A stretch of 24,000 nt of DNA from Candidatus Calditenuis fumarioli (GTDB lineage Archaea > Thermoproteota > Nitrososphaeria_A > Caldarchaeales > Calditenuaceae). The notes under the pieces are model-generated. The model made no database searches, was not told where the DNA came from, and worked only from the letters and a program-made list of their open reading frames with translations. Numbering within the stretch: position 1 is the first letter of the stretch; every line of letters begins with the position of its first letter. The translations under genes were made by a program, and so were the position numbers. Positions 22,050 through 24,000 of this stretch are shown here, one piece after another. The stretch spans positions 61,286 to 85,285 of the forward strand of contig JANVYR010000002.1 in assembly GCA_030059665.1 (NCBI GenBank). The letters are read 5' to 3'.

Positions 22050-23024
22050 ATGCCGCCGGTCAGATGCGCCAGGTGCGGTGCCGAGGACGCCCGGTACCAC
22101 ATCTCCTTCGCGAGGACCTCCCTCTGCGCAGCGTGCTACGTGAGATACTACGAGCGGAAGCTCAAGGCGACGGTCCTGAAGTACGGGATGCTGAAGGTGA
22201 TGAGGAGACCGCTCGTCGCCCTCTCCGGCGGCAAGGACAGCACCTCTGCTCTGGTCGGTCTGAAATCGGTCTTCCCGGACCTCGAGGTCACGGCGCTGTA
22301 CATCGACCTGGGGATTCCGGGGTATTCGGAGGAGTCGGAGCGCGTGGTCAGGAAGGTGACCGATGAGCTGGGCGTGGAGCTCATCGTTCACAGGCTCAAA
22401 AACGACGGCCGCACCGTCCCGGAGCTCGCGAGGGGGAGGTTCAAACGCAAGCCCTGCGCCATCTGCGGAACCGTCAAGCGCTACGTGATGAACAAAATCG
22501 CCATCGAGACGGGCCACGACACGGTGGTGACCGGTCACAACCTGGACGACACGGTGGAGGTCCTTTTCGAGCTGTACAGGAGGGGGCTCCTGGAGGAGGC
22601 CGTGAGGCTGAGGCCAGTACTGCTCGGAGACGGCGTCAGGCTCACAAACCGCGTCAAGCCGCTCTTCGAGATGACGGACGAGGAGGACCTCTACTACGTC
22701 GACGCCAAGGGCATAGAGGTCGTCGAGAGCTGGTGTCCGCTCGTCAGGGGCGCGAAGACCGTCTCCAGGAAGGTCCTGATCCACGAGATCGAGTCGAAGA
22801 TCCCAGGGTTCAGGCACACGCTGCTGAAGGCCCACGTGAAGCGCTTCCTGCCGGTCCTGGAGCGGGCGATCTCCCAGCCGGAGCTGAAGAGGTGCGCCGT
22901 CTGCGGCTACCCGACCACGTCCGATGTCTGCAGCTACTGCAGGGCCATGAGACCGGTTACGCTGAAGCGTGACGTCGGGAGTTCCGGGGCCGGAGCGTCG
23001 AACGGCGAAGAGGGGCTCAGGTGA
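22050..23024 (+). CDS. PP-loop ATPase of the TtuA/Ncs6 (tRNA 2-thiolation) family
   Basis: N-terminal CxxC...CxxC, PP-loop SGGKDS, Fe-S ligand candidates PCAICG and WCPL, and C-terminal CAVCG...CSYC. The track start was trimmed to ATG 22050. The ATG at 22023 lies inside an AT-rich box, making it a less likely start. Confidence 0.85.
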   Translation: MPPVRCARCGAEDARYHISFARTSLCAACYVRYYERKLKATVLKYGMLKVMRRPLVALSGGKDSTSALVGLKSVFPDLEVTALYIDLGIPGYSEESERVVRKVTDELGVELIVHRLKNDGRTVPELARGRFKRKPCAICGTVKRYVMNKIAIETGHDTVVTGHNLDDTVEVLFELYRRGLLEEAVRLRPVLLGDGVRLTNRVKPLFEMTDEEDLYYVDAKGIEVVESWCPLVRGAKTVSRKVLIHEIESKIPGFRHTLLKAHVKRFLPVLERAISQPELKRCAVCGYPTTSDVCSYCRAMRPVTLKRDVGSSGAGASNGEEGLR

Positions 23025-23490
23025 GGACGAACCGGTACTCCGACTTCACGACCCTAGTGGTGATCATGACGTTCATCTCCCTCACGCCGTCCATCTTCCT
23101 GAACTCCTCTATCCTCGAGTGGAGGTCCTGTATGTCCCTCGCGAAGACCACCGCGATCAGGTCCCATTCGCCGCTGAGCTGGTAGATGTTGGTCACGTCC
23201 CTCATCGAGGAGAGCCTCTCCAGCAGCTGGTCCACCCTCTTCGGATCGACCTTGAACATCACCGCGGCCGAGACGTTGAGGCCCAGCGCCCTCGGATCGA
23301 CCAGCGCCGTGAAGCGCCTGATCACGCCGAGCCTCAGGAGCCTCTCGATGCGGTACCTGATCGTGTTCTCAGGCTGGTTCAGCCTCTTCGCCAGCTCCGA
23401 TGCGGGCATCCTCCCGTCCTCCTGCAGGTGCGAGATGATCTTGAGGTCCAGCTCGTCCAGCCTCGGCGGCCTCCTCCCCTCCATCCCCAC
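23017..23490 (-). CDS. Lrp/AsnC-family transcriptional regulator
   Basis: HTH region LDLKIISHLQEDGRMPASELAKRLNQPENTIRYRIERL followed by an RAM/ACT-like domain. GTG at 23490 or ATG at 23484. It overlaps the convergent PP-loop gene by 8 nt. Confidence 0.92.
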   Translation of the reverse strand: MGMEGRRPPRLDELDLKIISHLQEDGRMPASELAKRLNQPENTIRYRIERLLRLGVIRRFTALVDPRALGLNVSAAVMFKVDPKRVDQLLERLSSMRDVTNIYQLSGEWDLIAVVFARDIQDLHSRIEEFRKMDGVREMNVMITTRVVKSEYRFVLT

Positions 23491-23510
23491 GCGGGTCGTT
23501 TCAGTACTGG

Positions 23511-23517
23511 ATTAATA
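23511..23517. promoter_or_regulatory. Single AT-rich box (ATTAATA) centred between the divergent lrp-like gene and the ORF starting at 23540
   Basis: The spacer is 49 nt. The box is about 24-30 nt from the lrp start (23490/23484) and about 26 nt from ATG 23540. Confidence 0.4.
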
Positions 23518-23539
23518 GCGTGTACGGCGTCGATCGGTG

Positions 23540-24000
23540 ATGGCGCAGCACGGTTCCGGGAGGCTCGGGGTTCTGACCATCGAGGGCGATGAGGGCTGGT
23601 CCGTCGCGGAGCTCCGGGAAGCGCTCGGCAGGCGAGGCGTCGTGGTCGAGTCGATCAGGTCCCCGGAAGAGCTTCCGTCGGTCGCTGGCCGAAGCGGTAC
23701 GGTCCTGGTGGTGACGGGCCCGAGGTCTGCTATTGGACTCGGCGAGGTCCTGAGGGAGCTGCTCTCGCACAGGCCTAGCGCGGTCCTCTTGGCCCTCGAC
23801 CGTCACCTGATGCACGAGCTCGAGGTCCCGCTCCCGCGCCGGCAGGTCATCGGCTTCAGGGCCTTCCAGGGTGCTAGGGGGAGGACTTCGGTCGAGCTTT
23901 CGGCGGGCTCCGATGTGCCTGGCGAGGTGCTCGACTCGGTTACCTCGCTGCTCCGGGCAGCCGGCATCAACGCCCTCCAGCTCCGAGGAGCGGATCCGGG
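23540..24000 (+). CDS. Hypothetical protein, 3'-truncated by the window edge and absent from the supplied ORF track
   Basis: I translated it by hand: MAQHGSGRLGVLTIEGDEGWSVAELREALGRRGVVVESIRSPEELPSV... It stays open for 153 codons to the window end with strongly GC-rich third positions. The competing minus-strand ORF 23501..23815 is Arg/Pro/Asp-rich shadow. A TATA-like box lies 26 nt upstream. Confidence 0.5.
   Translation, partial: MAQHGSGRLGVLTIEGDEGWSVAELREALGRRGVVVESIRSPEELPSVAGRSGTVLVVTGPRSAIGLGEVLRELLSHRPSAVLLALDRHLMHELEVPLPRRQVIGFRAFQGARGRTSVELSAGSDVPGEVLDSVTSLLRAAGINALQLRGADP

Noticed and set aside
1-24000. CRISPR arrays, rRNA genes and complete tRNA genes
   Set aside because: I found no series of regularly spaced direct repeats, no rRNA-like conserved stretches, and no cloverleaf-compatible sequence in any intergenic region by eye. 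The only tandem repeat (12594-12633) has no spacers.

Overview
This is a high-GC, very gene-dense chromosome segment whose gene content is archaeal: thermosome, GPN-loop GTPase, RNase Z, endonuclease V, a TtuA/Ncs6-type PP-loop enzyme and an Lrp regulator. Arg/Glu-rich proteins suggest a thermophile. Most of the window is ordinary housekeeping. It includes gnd coupled to a LarA-like gene, a GPN GTPase / coiled-coil / S2P protease operon, a LutC plus LutB-LutA-fusion pair beside a TrkA-C anion permease, a PRTase, two MBL hydrolases, TatD, a Fe-siderophore/B12-type ABC importer and TrxB. Genes abut or overlap (ATGA, GTGA, TAGTG junctions), GTG/TTG starts are common, and AT-rich TATA-like boxes sit about 26-30 nt upstream of start codons. 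Many long ORFs in the supplied track are antisense or off-frame shadows typical of high-GC DNA. The one real anomaly is a low-GC island at about 11.16-12.89 kb. It holds one orphan 363-aa ORF (11441-12532) with no family motif I recognise. The ORF sits between about 380-nt and 357-nt non-coding stretches that carry GC-rich stems spanning its stop codon, perfect palindromes, a tandem 15-mer, a hairpin followed by an oligo-T tract, and a 10-bp inverted repeat bracketing the unit. I rank this as the best candidate for an undescribed mobile or RNA-associated module. All functional ideas about it are inference. No CRISPR array, rRNA or convincing tRNA was seen.
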